61,622 nucleotides of DNA from Octopus sinensis (lineage: Eukaryota). Of this stretch, positions 61,349-61,622 are shown piece after piece; position 1 is the stretch's first letter; each line of letters opens with the position of its first letter. The stretch is from assembly GCF_006345805.1 (NCBI RefSeq), contig NW_021832242.1, positions 1-61,622 of the forward strand, in the 5' to 3' direction. Made by a program: the position numbers and the translations under genes. The notes under the pieces were generated by a model that saw only the letters and a list, made by a program, of their open reading frames with translations, made no database searches and was not told the origin of the DNA.

Positions 61349-61622
61349 GTTTTCTGCGTTCCGACTTCCAATTATTTTCAATATTAGTTTTGGCCATTTT
61401 TGCAATAATAAATTGACCTTGTCAATCGTGGAACTCGTGGGCGGCTTTTACTCTCTGGGTTTCAACTAGGTGTACAATTATTGGGGTATACTGTCGGCAT
61501 CTTGGTCGTTTATTATAGTAATTAAATCACTAAAAGATAATTGTCTTGATGATTCTTTCATATCAGTAATACAAATCCCACTGAATAAGTTGAACAATTT
61601 GAATAAGCAAAATATTTTATTT

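Overview
AT-rich eukaryotic window that is mostly a nested transposon graveyard around a few host genes. Two host genes look intact once miniature GT-AG introns (23-32 nt) are removed: squalene epoxidase (30004-31651, 7 introns, 486 aa) and a stand-alone orotate phosphoribosyltransferase (about 40220-41057, 5 introns). There is also a C-clamp gene of ZNF395/ZNF704 type (about 52145-53000) and decayed ROCK-like and RAE1-like copies. The C-clamp and ROCK point to an animal; tiny introns suggest a reduced parasite such as a dicyemid or myxozoan, which is inference only. Mobile elements: an 11.2-kb Helitron complex with a nearly intact RepHel and a nested non-autonomous Helitron; hAT elements (six with terminal repeats plus 8-bp TSDs, one more with a degenerate TSD, one with an intact 597-aa ORF); Tc1; two Tigger/pogo; a Ginger-like integrase transposon; a MULE remnant; APE-type LINEs; RLE-type LINE fragments (R4-like, CRE-like); and a tRNA-derived SINE. 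Main observations: (1) at least 17 host-sized mini-introns interrupt the transposases of seven DNA elements (Ginger, four hATs, Tc1, Tigger), and one intron position is shared by two divergent hATs; (2) an R4-like LINE and a SINE inserted in the same register at the same 12-nt motif TATACAAGTTAT; (3) a 5'-truncated LINE is flanked by a 195-bp near-perfect direct repeat whose core is bounded by TGT...ACA. All alignments and splice models were made by eye, so boundaries without a TIR or TSD are approximate.
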